Source: a virus. From it: a stretch of 64,000 bases of DNA. The notes under the pieces are model-generated. The model did not search any database and was not told the DNA's origin. It was given only the letters and a program-made list of their open reading frames with translations. The translations under genes were made by a program, and so were the position numbers. The DNA is taken from positions 1 through 64,000 of IMG/VR virus record IMGVR_UViG_3300025646_000024. One strand, 5' to 3'. Of this stretch, positions 9,589 through 19,950 are shown one piece after another (the first letter of the stretch is position 1; every line of letters begins with the position of its first letter).

Positions 9589-11050
9589 TGGGACTATTTG
9601 ACCGAGTTCGTTGTTCATATCCAATCAACGAACACTTCAATAATAACATGCTCCAAACTAAAGGACTATCAAATTCTTTAGCTGAATACTGGATTAGTCC
9701 TGCAGGAGAGTTATTTGAGATTGATGATTATGAAGCTGCAGATTTTGTGGAAGTTGATGATGAAGACCTGCGACCATGGGAGAAATTTCAGTGGGTTCCT
9801 AATGGAAATCATGGTAAAGTCAAGCCAGTATATATCACTGATTGCATAGAGGTCTATCCAGAGCAGAATCCAAATGCAAAATGGGAATGCTGGCCACGAT
9901 GCAGTATATGCTTTAAATTAGGTAAGATTACACACGTTGAAATACTTAGATGAGTGAATTTCCATACGAGGGGTTTCCATACAGGCTAGAATACACTGAT
10001 GGAAAGGATGAAAAAATTTGTTGGTTTATGTGCGAAGAGCATCTTCAAAAATATATTGATAGATACAAACCAACAAATGCAAGTATTCAAACAATCAAAC
10101 AAAACCAGAAGAAACAACAACTTTTCTCTGATCTAGACACATTCTTTACACCAGATGAAACACCTGTGGCACCTGTGGGCACTCGCACTCGGAGAAAAAG
10201 CTCACAAAAAAGATCAAGTAGCTGATAAGGTTGCCATTGTGCGTACCCTTATTTTCACTACATATCTTATACCAAACTGCTTTATTGTTGCTGGTGTTAT
10301 TCGACACTGGAATGATAGAGAAATTAACGTTGAGGTTGAAATCTATGAAAATTCAAACTATGCAGAAAAGCTTTACTCAGAAAGACGGGACTATCTGGGA
10401 ATGGACGGAGACACCCGAATTGAGGGAGTATATTCGTCAGGCACAATCAAGAACCGCACTGGAGAATTTGAATGAAGGACCAAAACGAGCATCCTGAAAT
10501 TGCAGAGGTTGATTGGATTGATGACACATTCCGTGTTGAAGAATCTCGCTGGAAAACTTGGAAGAGTTTTCATAAGAATGGGGACTCACTTATTACTTCT
10601 CTCACAAGGGAATCTTGCATCTCTGCAACCAGATTCATCCTCAAAGGTAGACAAGAAGGTTTTTCAGAAAGTAAACTTTACGAAGGGGTGGTAGGTGGAA
10701 AACTCTAACGATGTTCCAGTCCACGTACTGGACCCAACGACTCCCTGGTACGAGTTTCTGTCCTATACTGAATGCTGTTGGAGCCTGAAGCCGCCAGGCC
10801 ACCCATCACTCACACGATTCATGCGGTATCATGATTATCTCAAAGAGGTTGGTCTCAAATGAATGAATTCACAATTACTTCAGGCACAGCAAACAAATAC
10901 ACAGACGCAGAACTTGATGCAATGTGTCTGTATTCAGAGAATCTGGAATTGAAACGACAGCTCCAGATTCTTGAAGAACAAAATCTAAAACTCAAGAATG
11001 AACTTCTTGAACTCTCTGCACAAATGGAAGGTATGATTTATGAAGACTGA
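9588..11050 (+). CDS. Cluster of short hypothetical proteins (9588-9953, 9950-10225, 10155-10475, about 10345-10497, 10472-10708, 10695-10862, 10859-11050)
   Basis: Overlapping + strand ORFs; 10695-10862 (GTG start, 55 aa) is below the ORF-track cutoff. Confidence 0.6.
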
Positions 11051-11450
11051 TCGCAATGGTTTTATTGACCCTGCTGCTATTCTGATTGTTGGTGGCATCG
11101 CTGTTATTGGTGCTGTCCTATTCATCGGTGGTCCTATCTACGGGGTGTGGCAGCAATCTCTTGCTGGTAAAGCAGAACTGCAAAAGGCAGAATATACTCG
11201 TCAGGTAGCAGTGCTTGAAGCACAAGCAAAGATGGATTCTGCACAGAAACTAGCTGAAGCAGAGATTATTCGTGCTGGTGGTGTTGCAAAAGCAAACCAG
11301 ATTATTGGTGATTCGCTGAAAGATAATCGTGAGTATCTTCAGTATCTGTATATCACTGGCATTGAAGAAGGCTCACAGAAAGGTAATGTAACCATCTACG
11401 TACCAACAGAAGGCGGAATGCCAGTTCCAACACTTCAAATGAATAAGTGA
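11040..11450 (+). CDS. Membrane-anchored coiled-coil protein resembling the C-terminal part of SPFH/band-7 proteins
   Basis: N-terminal hydrophobic helix then AEAEIIRAGGVAKANQII...YLQYLYI...IYVPT. Confidence 0.6.
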   Translation: MKTDRNGFIDPAAILIVGGIAVIGAVLFIGGPIYGVWQQSLAGKAELQKAEYTRQVAVLEAQAKMDSAQKLAEAEIIRAGGVAKANQIIGDSLKDNREYLQYLYITGIEEGSQKGNVTIYVPTEGGMPVPTLQMNK

Positions 11451-11456
11451 TTCTGT

Positions 11457-11479
11457 GGGGGCTACAAGCCCCCTTTTTT
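11457..11479 (+). terminator. Rho-independent terminator
   Basis: GGGGGCT-ACA-AGCCCCC followed by T6. Confidence 0.85.
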
Positions 11480-11486
11480 ATAAATA
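11479..11486 (+). promoter_or_regulatory. T4-type late promoter TATAAATA
   Basis: Exact consensus ending 22 nt before ATG 11509. Confidence 0.85.
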
Positions 11487-11508
11487 CTTAAAAATAATCA
11501 GCTGATCA

Positions 11509-12150
11509 ATGTACGAAATAATCAGAGAAAAAGACGAAGTAGAAATTGGCTCTAAGACTGGTGGGTTAGTTCCAAAGAAAAAAAGAAGTCCAGCTAATCA
11601 ATATAAGTATGAAAAAGAAAGAAGAGAAAATTTAAAGAAGAAACCAGGAATGACTGGTGATAGTCCATTGATTCAAGCACTTCGTAGAAGAGCACAAGTC
11701 ACTGGAAACTATGCAGAAAGCAAATCGTATTCTCAGTTCCTTGAAGAAGCATTTAAGAGAACAGGTAAAACAATAGGTTTCAAGGTATTTCATCATGGAT
11801 CTGATGCAGACTCAGTTAAAAGCATAAAGAAAGGTGGACCCAAACCATCACCAAAGGGAAGTGAAGGTCCAGGGCATTATGTTACTCCAGATAAAAAGAA
11901 AGCAGACAAATATGCAGAGTTTACTTCTAAACAGAGAAAGAAAAAGCCAGCAACAGTATCATACAGAGTACCAAGCAAAAGAGTAGCTAAAACAGATACT
12001 ATTCCAAAGGGACTGACATCACAGCAAAGAACAACAAAGGAAAAGCCAGTCATTCAAAATACTAGAACTGGTCATGTTGCCATGGATGCAGATTATGCAA
12101 ATTCAAAAATGATACGTAATCCATCACCAACTATTCGTAAAAGAAAGTAA
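11509..12150 (+). CDS. Basic late protein with internal capsid-targeting-like motif and ADP-ribosyltransferase-like domain
   Basis: SKSYSQFLEEA, then VFHHGS...SIKKGG...GPGHYVT....A.KYA (H-G-S/T, G-x-Y, A..YA pattern of H-Y-type ARTs). Confidence 0.6.
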   Translation: MYEIIREKDEVEIGSKTGGLVPKKKRSPANQYKYEKERRENLKKKPGMTGDSPLIQALRRRAQVTGNYAESKSYSQFLEEAFKRTGKTIGFKVFHHGSDADSVKSIKKGGPKPSPKGSEGPGHYVTPDKKKADKYAEFTSKQRKKKPATVSYRVPSKRVAKTDTIPKGLTSQQRTTKEKPVIQNTRTGHVAMDADYANSKMIRNPSPTIRKRK

Positions 12151-13938
12151 ATGGCTTTAGAAAAATGGGATTTAGGCAAAGAGCTTATGCAATGTCTTGC
12201 ATTTGCTCATTTTGCTGTATATAAGTATTCTAAAAGGACAGAAGATGAACATGAACAATTATTCTATGATTTGTTTGATCCAGATATAGCTATTGATACA
12301 AAACCATATAAAAAGCATCTGGGCGAAAACTTTCAATTCACTAGAGTGTTTGAAAACTGGCCAACCACACTCACACCTGCGACTGGAGAAAAGAGTGTCG
12401 ATATTGGAGTCAAAATAGTTTATGATGTAGCTAAAAATTTTTATCATAGAAATTTAATATCTAAAAACTTTCAGTTGTATCAATTTGTAGATCAGACAGA
12501 TCCATTCATGAAATTGATTAAAACTGAGTGTTTATCTAAAATAATAAAGGCAGCTAAATTGCCAATTAAAGAAGATGTATTGTCGAGTGCAGATATTTAC
12601 ATTGTGAAGATAGCAGAAAAAAACAAAATTGAAACTGAATTCACAAATGAAATACTGAGAAAATCTGATTTATATTTAATCAATAACTTTGATAAGTATA
12701 ATGAAATACTAGAAGCACATTGGACCAAACATTCTTTATTTGGAGTGTCGTTAAAACTTCCATCTACCAATGGGACAAAAAATATAAAAATAGTTGGAAA
12801 GAAAGATAATAAAATTGGAAAGAAAATGCTTAAGCATGTTGATCCATATAGTAAATTTATTGCTATGCTTTCTGATCCAAATGCAAACATTAACAAACTG
12901 ATAACTGAAACAGTAATATTTGATCACAATGGTATGGATATCAATAGAGTGGGGCAATGGAAATTTCCAGTAACTTTTAGATATAAAGAGTTGGGATTAT
13001 ATGAAAATGATGTGAAGTTTAATTTACTGGCATGGCCAAAAGCACAAAAAGATGGAGGGGGCACTGCAGGATTCAACGGACAATTTTTTGATACTCCTGG
13101 ATATAGTTCTCAGTGGGTGGGTGGAACTGGAGTCAAACCACTTGAGAATTTTCTGTTTAAATATCCAGAATTTAATAGAATTAATAATGAATTAATATCT
13201 ATTCGTAAAAAGGCATTAAATTATGCTCTATCTGGCAGTGTAAACAAATCAGTTAATTTAACCCAACAAATCAATACTGATATACAAGTAAATAAACCAA
13301 TTGGATCTGGCAAAACACCAGTCTATAGAAAATTAAAGAAGACCGATCCCAAGACTTCATATACTAAAGATGGCATGTATTCTAGAATGACTTATTTGAA
13401 GGGTCAGCAAGGGAAATATGATTACGGTGCCAATCCAACAAAAGATACTAAAAATTATAAAATGAAAATTAATAACTTGCAGACTTTATATTCCAGAGCA
13501 AAGCGAGATATATCAAAACCAGTATTTGTAGCTGGATCTGAGAGACAAAGTAGTTTAATTAAATTTATATCAGAATACGAATCTGCTACTGGGAGATCAA
13601 ATATATTAAATATCTATAGAACTGCAGTTGTAAATTTAATTTTAAAAAAAGAGCTACAGCATGGATTGAATAGAGATGATTCTGAAATTAAAACTCATTT
13701 TGAGAATGCTCAAATATCATATTTTTTAACTCGTGGTGGCCCAAATTTACATCTATACTTAAAGCAAAGAATATTCTTAACTGTATTTGGGGTTATTACA
13801 AAAAAATCATATAAAGTGTTCTTGAATAATATGACTGGAACTACACAAATGATTAGTGCAATTAAAGCACAAGTTATGAAAAGTATGATGAAAAATATAA
13901 AAGAGTTTGATACGGTACCACACTTCTACATGTCTTGA
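12151..13938 (+). CDS. 595-aa hypothetical protein, possible divergent PD-(D/E)XK-fold nuclease
   Basis: E.MQC...SADIYIV...GVSLK pattern; very AT-rich; directly follows 11509 under the late promoter. Confidence 0.4.
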   Translation: MALEKWDLGKELMQCLAFAHFAVYKYSKRTEDEHEQLFYDLFDPDIAIDTKPYKKHLGENFQFTRVFENWPTTLTPATGEKSVDIGVKIVYDVAKNFYHRNLISKNFQLYQFVDQTDPFMKLIKTECLSKIIKAAKLPIKEDVLSSADIYIVKIAEKNKIETEFTNEILRKSDLYLINNFDKYNEILEAHWTKHSLFGVSLKLPSTNGTKNIKIVGKKDNKIGKKMLKHVDPYSKFIAMLSDPNANINKLITETVIFDHNGMDINRVGQWKFPVTFRYKELGLYENDVKFNLLAWPKAQKDGGGTAGFNGQFFDTPGYSSQWVGGTGVKPLENFLFKYPEFNRINNELISIRKKALNYALSGSVNKSVNLTQQINTDIQVNKPIGSGKTPVYRKLKKTDPKTSYTKDGMYSRMTYLKGQQGKYDYGANPTKDTKNYKMKINNLQTLYSRAKRDISKPVFVAGSERQSSLIKFISEYESATGRSNILNIYRTAVVNLILKKELQHGLNRDDSEIKTHFENAQISYFLTRGGPNLHLYLKQRIFLTVFGVITKKSYKVFLNNMTGTTQMISAIKAQVMKSMMKNIKEFDTVPHFYMS

Positions 13939-13963
13939 CATGGCTGGGGCTTCATGGTAGGAT
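13935..13963 (+). promoter_or_regulatory. Sigma70-type promoter
   Basis: TTGACA (13935-40), 17 bp, TAGGAT (13958-63). Confidence 0.8.
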
Positions 13964-13984
13964 GGATCCATTCGTTCATCACCC

Positions 13985-15226
13985 ATGAAGCTCCGTCCTC
14001 ACCAAGCCCGAAGCCTCACCAAGATGGAGCTGGTTAAGCTTGGCCAGATCTATGTCCCCACTGGTGGTGGCAAGACTCTGATTATGATTCGTGATCTCAT
14101 GCGTAGATTATCAGAATCAGACAAACCATTCACTGCACTGATTGTTGCTCCTCGCATCCTGCTTGCGAATCAGTTATGTGCAGAGTTCACACAAGATATT
14201 AAAAATGCTGTAGTTGCTCACATTCACTCAGGTGAGACCAAGCATTTCTCTACAACTAATCCTGATCATCTTACCATGTTTCACAACATGGTTAAATCTA
14301 CCAATGAACACCAACTACTTTTTACTACTTATCATTCTCTTCATCGTGTTGTTGACAGTGGAATACACATTGATACAGTCTACTTTGATGAGGCTCACAA
14401 TGCCTGTAAGCGAGACTTCTTTGTTTCTACTGCAATGATGTCTCAACATGCAGAGTCTGCATACTATTTCACTGCCACACCTAAACTGTCACAGAATCCA
14501 AAAGGTCGTGGCATGAATAACTCTATTGTGTTTGGACAGGTGATTGAGAATGTACCTGCACCCGAACTGATTGAGAATGGTAGCATCATTCCTCCAATGG
14601 TTCAAATTCATGAAGTAGATGGTGAGCGTGAGAAAGAAAATGCAGCAAAACATGATGCTAAAACTCTGTTATCTATTCTTGATGGCCTAGATGATACTAA
14701 AGCTCAAAAAGTGCTAGTTGCTGCACCTAGTACCAAAGTGTTGTGTCAAATGCTATTTCGTACTGATGTGATGCATCAGTTCAAACAACGTGGCTATGAT
14801 ATTCTGCACATTACATCAAAGGAAGGTGCATATGTCAATGACAAGAAAGTGAATCGTGAAGTATTCTTTGACACCATGACTCAGTGGGGTCAGGATAGGA
14901 CAAAGAAGTTTGTGTTATTTCATTATTCTATTCTGAGTGAAGGTATCAACTGCCCAGGGCTCACCCACTCTGTGCTCCTGCGAAATCTCAACGTGATTGA
15001 AATGTGTCAAACTATTGGCCGAGTTATTCGTGTTGATAGAGAAGATGCTGCAGATATGGCCAATGGTGTTCTCACTCCTGGTGATTATCTGTCCTATCGG
15101 AAATCATATGGGTTCGTGACTGTACCAGTCCACAAGAACTATGGCAAGAACACCCAGCAGCGGCTGCAGAGCGTGGTAGACTTTGTGTTCAGGCAGGGCA
15201 TCCCTCCTGAGTACTATGTTGACTGA
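13985..15226 (+). CDS. Superfamily 2 DEAH-box helicase (ResIII-like)
   Basis: LRPHQ Q-motif, PTGGGKT, DEAH, TAT, LSEGIN, QTIGRVIR. Confidence 0.9.
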   Translation: MKLRPHQARSLTKMELVKLGQIYVPTGGGKTLIMIRDLMRRLSESDKPFTALIVAPRILLANQLCAEFTQDIKNAVVAHIHSGETKHFSTTNPDHLTMFHNMVKSTNEHQLLFTTYHSLHRVVDSGIHIDTVYFDEAHNACKRDFFVSTAMMSQHAESAYYFTATPKLSQNPKGRGMNNSIVFGQVIENVPAPELIENGSIIPPMVQIHEVDGEREKENAAKHDAKTLLSILDGLDDTKAQKVLVAAPSTKVLCQMLFRTDVMHQFKQRGYDILHITSKEGAYVNDKKVNREVFFDTMTQWGQDRTKKFVLFHYSILSEGINCPGLTHSVLLRNLNVIEMCQTIGRVIRVDREDAADMANGVLTPGDYLSYRKSYGFVTVPVHKNYGKNTQQRLQSVVDFVFRQGIPPEYYVD

Positions 15227-15227
15227 G

Positions 15228-15282
15228 CCAGTTCACGGGCTGTCACATATCACTTGACAGCCCAGCCAATCTGACCTATTGT
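15228..15282 (+). promoter_or_regulatory. Sigma70-type promoter with box A
   Basis: CCAGTTCACGGGCTGTCACA (15228-47), TTGACA (15254-59), 17 bp, TATTGT (15277-82). Confidence 0.8.
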
Positions 15283-15305
15283 GTCTTTGTTGACACGGAG
15301 GTTTC

Positions 15306-16306
15306 TTGACCTACACACGACGACGCAAACGCATGAACAATCACAACTATACCTGGGCTGAAGCTCTAGGTGCTATTGCAGGACTTATCATTGTAGCAGT
15401 ATTTGCATTCTCCTTGACTGCACTGTTCATGATTCCTGTAGCATGGATGATTCACTGGATTCTAGTGAATTTGTTCAGCTACACTGTACTCACTCTCTGG
15501 CAAGTCTGGGGTATCATTCTTGGTGTTCGACTTGTATTCTCTGGTCTTGTAACTGTAAACAAAAACTGATCATGAATGAAGGTAACATCACAGTCACTCT
15601 GACTGAATCCCAGCACGAACTGCTGAATGAGATTTTATGCCATTCAATGGATGCATTTCAACTTGTATCTCCATATGATGATGGTATGTGGGATCTGCCA
15701 CTTGACAATCCTATCATTCAACGCTATACTATGGTTGAGAACCTTCGGGAACTCTTCTATGAACTTTGGTCTGATCGTTTCACCCCAACTGAGGAAGTTC
15801 TTTGATGCTACCATTTCTTCTTGCCACTGTGGTTCAGTATGATTTCCTATCGACTCCTGTTCCTGAAAGTATTGCAAAGCAATGTGCCAGTGATGTTGGT
15901 ATTCCTTGGGCTAGTGATAATTTTAGTGATACTGAATGGCAAGAGTTTAAGCGTTGTATCATTCATAGGGTAAAGTAACATGGCACAACTCTGGAGAGCA
16001 ACAATCCGAACTCAATCCAATGTTTTACAGAATGTTGAGATTGAAACACCAGGCATTGTACGGCAAGATGCTATTGCACAAGTTAAATCAACCTATGGTG
16101 CAAAGGAGGTTATTACCTGCAATCCTATCAGTTCATCTTCATCATCTAGTTCTGGATCCAGTTATTCATCTGGTTCATCTGATGGTAGTTGGTTCTGGAT
16201 ATTGCTTTTCGGTGCAATGATGGCAGTCTATGTATTTCGTTATGTAATTTTAGTTGCATTGATTATCTTTGCAATCTATTTTATCTACAAATGGCTTAAC
16301 AAATGA
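15306..16306 (+). CDS. Hypothetical proteins, incl. membrane proteins 15306-15569 and 15980-16306 (Ser-rich linker, C-terminal TM segments)
   Basis: Hydrophobic helices visible in the translations. Confidence 0.6.
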
Positions 16307-16935
16307 AAAGTATTCGCTTCATTGGTGATGTTCATGGTAAATGGAAACAATACAAGAAGATCATCAGTGAATGTGATACTTCTATTCAGGTGGGTGATTT
16401 TGGAGTGGGCTTTATTAGTAAAATCACTGAGGCAGTTCACTCCAATCCACCATATGATTCCATGAAAAAAGGTGATCATCGCTTTATTCGTGGAAATCAT
16501 GATAATCCAAATGTATGTAAGAAGCATCCATTCTGGATACCAGATGGTACAATAATTCATGATAAGATCTTCTGTGTTGGTGGTGCAAAGTCTATTGACA
16601 AATCATACCGAACAGAAGGTTATGATTGGTGGGCTGATGAAGAGCTAGCATACTCAAAATTATTAAAGATGTATGATGAGTATGAAAAACTCAAGCCATC
16701 AGTGATCGTAGCACATGAAATGCCAGAAAGCCTGACATACATAGTCTGTGCAAAGTGTAATATGACAAAACTTAACGATGTGTCTGTCACTCGTTTGTTT
16801 TTTGATAATATATTAGAGTTACACAAACCAGACCTCTTTATTCATGGGCATTGGCATGTCAATCACCATACCATGCACAATGGTGTTGAGTATATTGGTC
16901 TGGATGAATTAAATTACGTGGACCTGGAATTATGA
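16303..16935 (+). CDS. Calcineurin-like metallophosphoesterase
   Basis: GDVHG, GDFG, GNHD, H, HGHWH motifs. Confidence 0.9.
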   Translation: MKSIRFIGDVHGKWKQYKKIISECDTSIQVGDFGVGFISKITEAVHSNPPYDSMKKGDHRFIRGNHDNPNVCKKHPFWIPDGTIIHDKIFCVGGAKSIDKSYRTEGYDWWADEELAYSKLLKMYDEYEKLKPSVIVAHEMPESLTYIVCAKCNMTKLNDVSVTRLFFDNILELHKPDLFIHGHWHVNHHTMHNGVEYIGLDELNYVDLEL

Positions 16936-18481
16936 ACGATGAAGACTGGACTAACCTTAGCAACATGCACAAGGAGTTGACAAAAAACCATTTAGCAGCC
17001 TATGATACAGCATATCTTGAGAAGTACGCTGAGCTTCTTGCGAAATCACTTGAAGGGAAAGGAGACCCACATCATGACGGAGACTGATTATTCAATTTAT
17101 CTCTCACATACAAATGCTATGGAGAGAATGGATAAGTTCAATCAGCGTGCAGTGAAGGCTAAGACCTACAAAACAATGCACAAGAACTTTAGAATTGCTG
17201 ATGCTCTTTATGCAGAGTATCGTGAACTGATCGAAGAAGATCAAACCTATGTTACACTTTGTCTAGATCACCTTGAGGGTATTATCAATGATTGAAACCA
17301 CTACATTCCCAGTTGAAGTTAATGCTATTGCAGCTGTTGCTGGACTAGCTGGAGCACTTGTTGTGATTCTTTACGCATTCACACGGAACCATCAGTATGA
17401 AATGCGGAAACGTATGCGGAGCATCAGGAAGGCTAATGAGTCAGAGGTTGACATGCCCCCGCAAATCGGTTAATCTACTGGGGTAGTCAAGGGAACCAAC
17501 CCATGAACGACATCATCACACTCACGCCAGTCAAGCCCAGAACTCGTGAGGTGTATCATTACACCACCAGCCGCTGGGATTGGCAAGATGGTAATGTAAA
17601 CCAGATGTGGATTGAGCAAGTGGATGAAGACCAATACGTTGCCATCGCCCACAATCCAGCAAAAGGTGCTAGTATGGTGATGTCGAACCCCAGAGGCTAT
17701 CATGATACGCTACAATGGGTTCGACAGTTCTGTGGTTCCTTCTGCATTCTCTGATCATGAAAAACTACAAAGTTGTTGTAAAAACCTATGATGGTCTGTG
17801 TACTATCTGGTATGAAAAGTCTAAAGCAAAGTCTGCAACAGATTTGATTTGCCGTCGTGTGCATGAACAACTCTGTGGACTTAACATCAAGCAAATTGAA
17901 GTTTCTCTCTCGGTATGAAACCCTATCCACTTGGTATTGATAATCCGTACAGGATTATGCAAGAAATTGGTTCTACTAAATGGTCTATTTACAGACTAGA
18001 ACCATTCCAAAAAGTAGCAACATTCAAGTCACAATTCGATGCCTATGATGCTCGCAGGGCTCTACTCAAAGTAGAAGGTTACAATGCATGACTGCTAAGT
18101 ATATCATTACAGGCATGATTGGCGTTATTCTAATCATTGCCTGGAATGTGTTTCTAATTCATAGAGATACAGAAATGTTCAAGTCCTATTACTATCCAAA
18201 TTACCAACAAAATGAACTTCACTGATCTAAACTTTCAACCACATCCACATTACAAAGATGGTGTGCAAGCTAAGTACTTTTTCTCTAATGGGTATGGTGT
18301 ATCTGTAGTCAGGTTTCCTGGTTCCTATGGTTTCCAAAATGATCTGTATGAAGTAGCCATCCTGAAAGGTACAGAAGATAAATATGATCTAGTTTATGAT
18401 ACACCAATCACTGATGATGTATTAGGTCATCGTGATGAACAAGACATTAACAACATTCTAGAGGAAGTAGCAGCACTATGA
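16932..18481 (+). CDS. Cluster of short hypothetical proteins (16932-17087, 17074-17295, 17503-17754, 18212-18481 and others)
   Basis: Packed + strand ORFs. Confidence 0.55.
17421..17476 (+). promoter_or_regulatory. Sigma70-type promoter with degenerate box B
   Basis: GCATCAG-GAAGG-CTAATGA (17421-39), TTGACA (17448-53), 17 bp, TAATCT (17471-76). Confidence 0.65.
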
Positions 18482-18555
18482 GTAACAAACCTTACAACAA
18501 GCAACCAAAGCCCAAAACTGTAAAGATCTTCGGTACCTATCATACCTATATTAAG

Positions 18556-18611
18556 CCAGTTAAGTCACTGGCACAATAACCATACACCAGGGGCTGCAAA
18601 GCCCCTATACT
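18556..18611 (+). promoter_or_regulatory. Promoter with box A
   Basis: CCAGTTAAGTCACTGGCACA (18556-75); TATACT (18606-11) at the same distance as in other copies. Confidence 0.7.
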
Positions 18612-18639
18612 AGTTTCAGTTCCATCGCAACCACCTCCA

Positions 18640-19089
18640 ATGGGTACTCGCTCCAGAATCGGCATCGAACTCAAGAACCGCTCTGTGGTTTCTGTGTATT
18701 GTCATTATGATGGCTACCCTGAGCACAATGGTAAGATTCTCCAGAATCTGTATACTACCAGAGAGCAAGTCATCAATCTAATTGATGGTGGCAGTATGTC
18801 ATCTTTGCATACGTCACATGTATGGGAAACCAAAGCCATGCGGAATGAATCAAATGAAATCATCACTGATTCCGCAGGTAATTGGATGTATGAACCCACC
18901 AGACCTGAACAACCACTGTATCATACAGAGCGAGGTGAAGAACTAAATGTAGAACACACCAGCAAAAAGGAATTCCTGTCTGGTAATTCTGGAGAAGAGT
19001 ATGCTTATCTCTTCACCCTAGATAATCAATGGAAATGCTATAAGATTGGCTGGGGTGATACCAACACTCAAGAGATTCCTCTATCATGA
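18640..19089 (+). CDS. Phage hypothetical protein (MGTRSRIG...YCHYDGYP type)
   Basis: N-terminal motif familiar from phage hypothetical proteins; function unknown. Confidence 0.75.
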   Translation: MGTRSRIGIELKNRSVVSVYCHYDGYPEHNGKILQNLYTTREQVINLIDGGSMSSLHTSHVWETKAMRNESNEIITDSAGNWMYEPTRPEQPLYHTERGEELNVEHTSKKEFLSGNSGEEYAYLFTLDNQWKCYKIGWGDTNTQEIPLS

Positions 19090-19281
19090 ACATTCCAAAC
19101 TGGCAACACCATTCTAATAAACCAAAAACCACTAAAGGACAATCAAAAGCCAAACTCAAAGCACGTAGACAATCACTGAACCACCTCAAAGCCAAGTATT
19201 TACAACAGAAAAACACCACTTTCTCACATTAAAATTATACTCTATACTAAATACATCATGTTCCATCGTTTCTTTCAAAAA

Positions 19282-19620
19282 ATGCGTACTTTCAGACAAT
19301 TCCTAGAAGAAGCAAAGAAGAAGAAGCCACTATATTCCGAAAAGCAAATCATGAAAGCCCTAAACAAACAAGGTGGAATTGGTGGTAAAGCAGTAGAAAA
19401 GTATAATCAACAGAATCCAGATAGAGGACCAAGAGAGTATAAACTAGGTGAAGATATTCAACAGAGACAACAACAACTTAATACAACACAGAGAGAAAGA
19501 CTACAAGCAGAAAGAGAAAGAGTAGCAAAGTATAAAGCAAAGAGACAAGCAGATGTAGAGAGAGAAGATGAACAAGATGAAATTATTAAACGAATAGAAA
19601 TCATTAACAAAAATAAGTAG
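19282..19620 (+). CDS. Highly charged late protein with N-terminal capsid-targeting-like motif
   Basis: MRTFRQFLEEA from ATG 19282; ACTAAATA late-type promoter at 19246-53. Confidence 0.6.
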   Translation: MRTFRQFLEEAKKKKPLYSEKQIMKALNKQGGIGGKAVEKYNQQNPDRGPREYKLGEDIQQRQQQLNTTQRERLQAERERVAKYKAKRQADVEREDEQDEIIKRIEIINKNK

Positions 19621-19627
19621 AGTATAG

Positions 19628-19683
19628 TATTAGTTTTCCACAGGTAGAGTATAAATTGTGGAAAAACCTGTGGAAAACTAATA
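19628..19683. repeat. 18-bp perfect inverted repeat with three DnaA-box-like TTTTCCACA 9-mers
   Basis: TATTAGTTTTCCACAGGT (19628-45) / ACCTGTGGAAAACTAATA (19666-83); boxes at 19634-42 (+), 19657-65 (-), 19669-77 (-). Confidence 0.85.
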
Positions 19684-19753
19684 GATTAAAAATATGTTAA
19701 AAAATATGTATGAGAGAGATAGAATTATTAAGTATATGTGATAGAAAGAAAGG

Positions 19754-19905
19754 ATTATTAACCTTATACTGTATGCCTCCGAGAATTATTAACTGTATAC
19801 TGTATGCCTCCGAGTGTGTCAAGTAAATTATTAACCTTATACTGTATGCCTCCGAGTGTGTCAAGTAAATTATTAACCTTATACTGTATGCCTCCGAGTG
19901 TGTCA
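19754..19905. repeat. Tandem direct repeat: four copies of a 30-bp core, last three at 42-bp period
   Basis: ATTATTAACCTTATACTGTATGCCTCCGAG at 19754, 19785 (2 substitutions), 19827, 19869; linker TGTGTCAAGTAA. Confidence 0.95.
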
Positions 19906-19950
19906 GAGAAAGTATCTGAAATGTTCGGAGGTGTAGCAGTCTTGGCCCGC

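Noticed and set aside
19754-19905. CRISPR mini-array
   Set aside because: The units are near-identical tandem copies with an invariant 12-bp linker or none; there are no unique spacers and no cas genes
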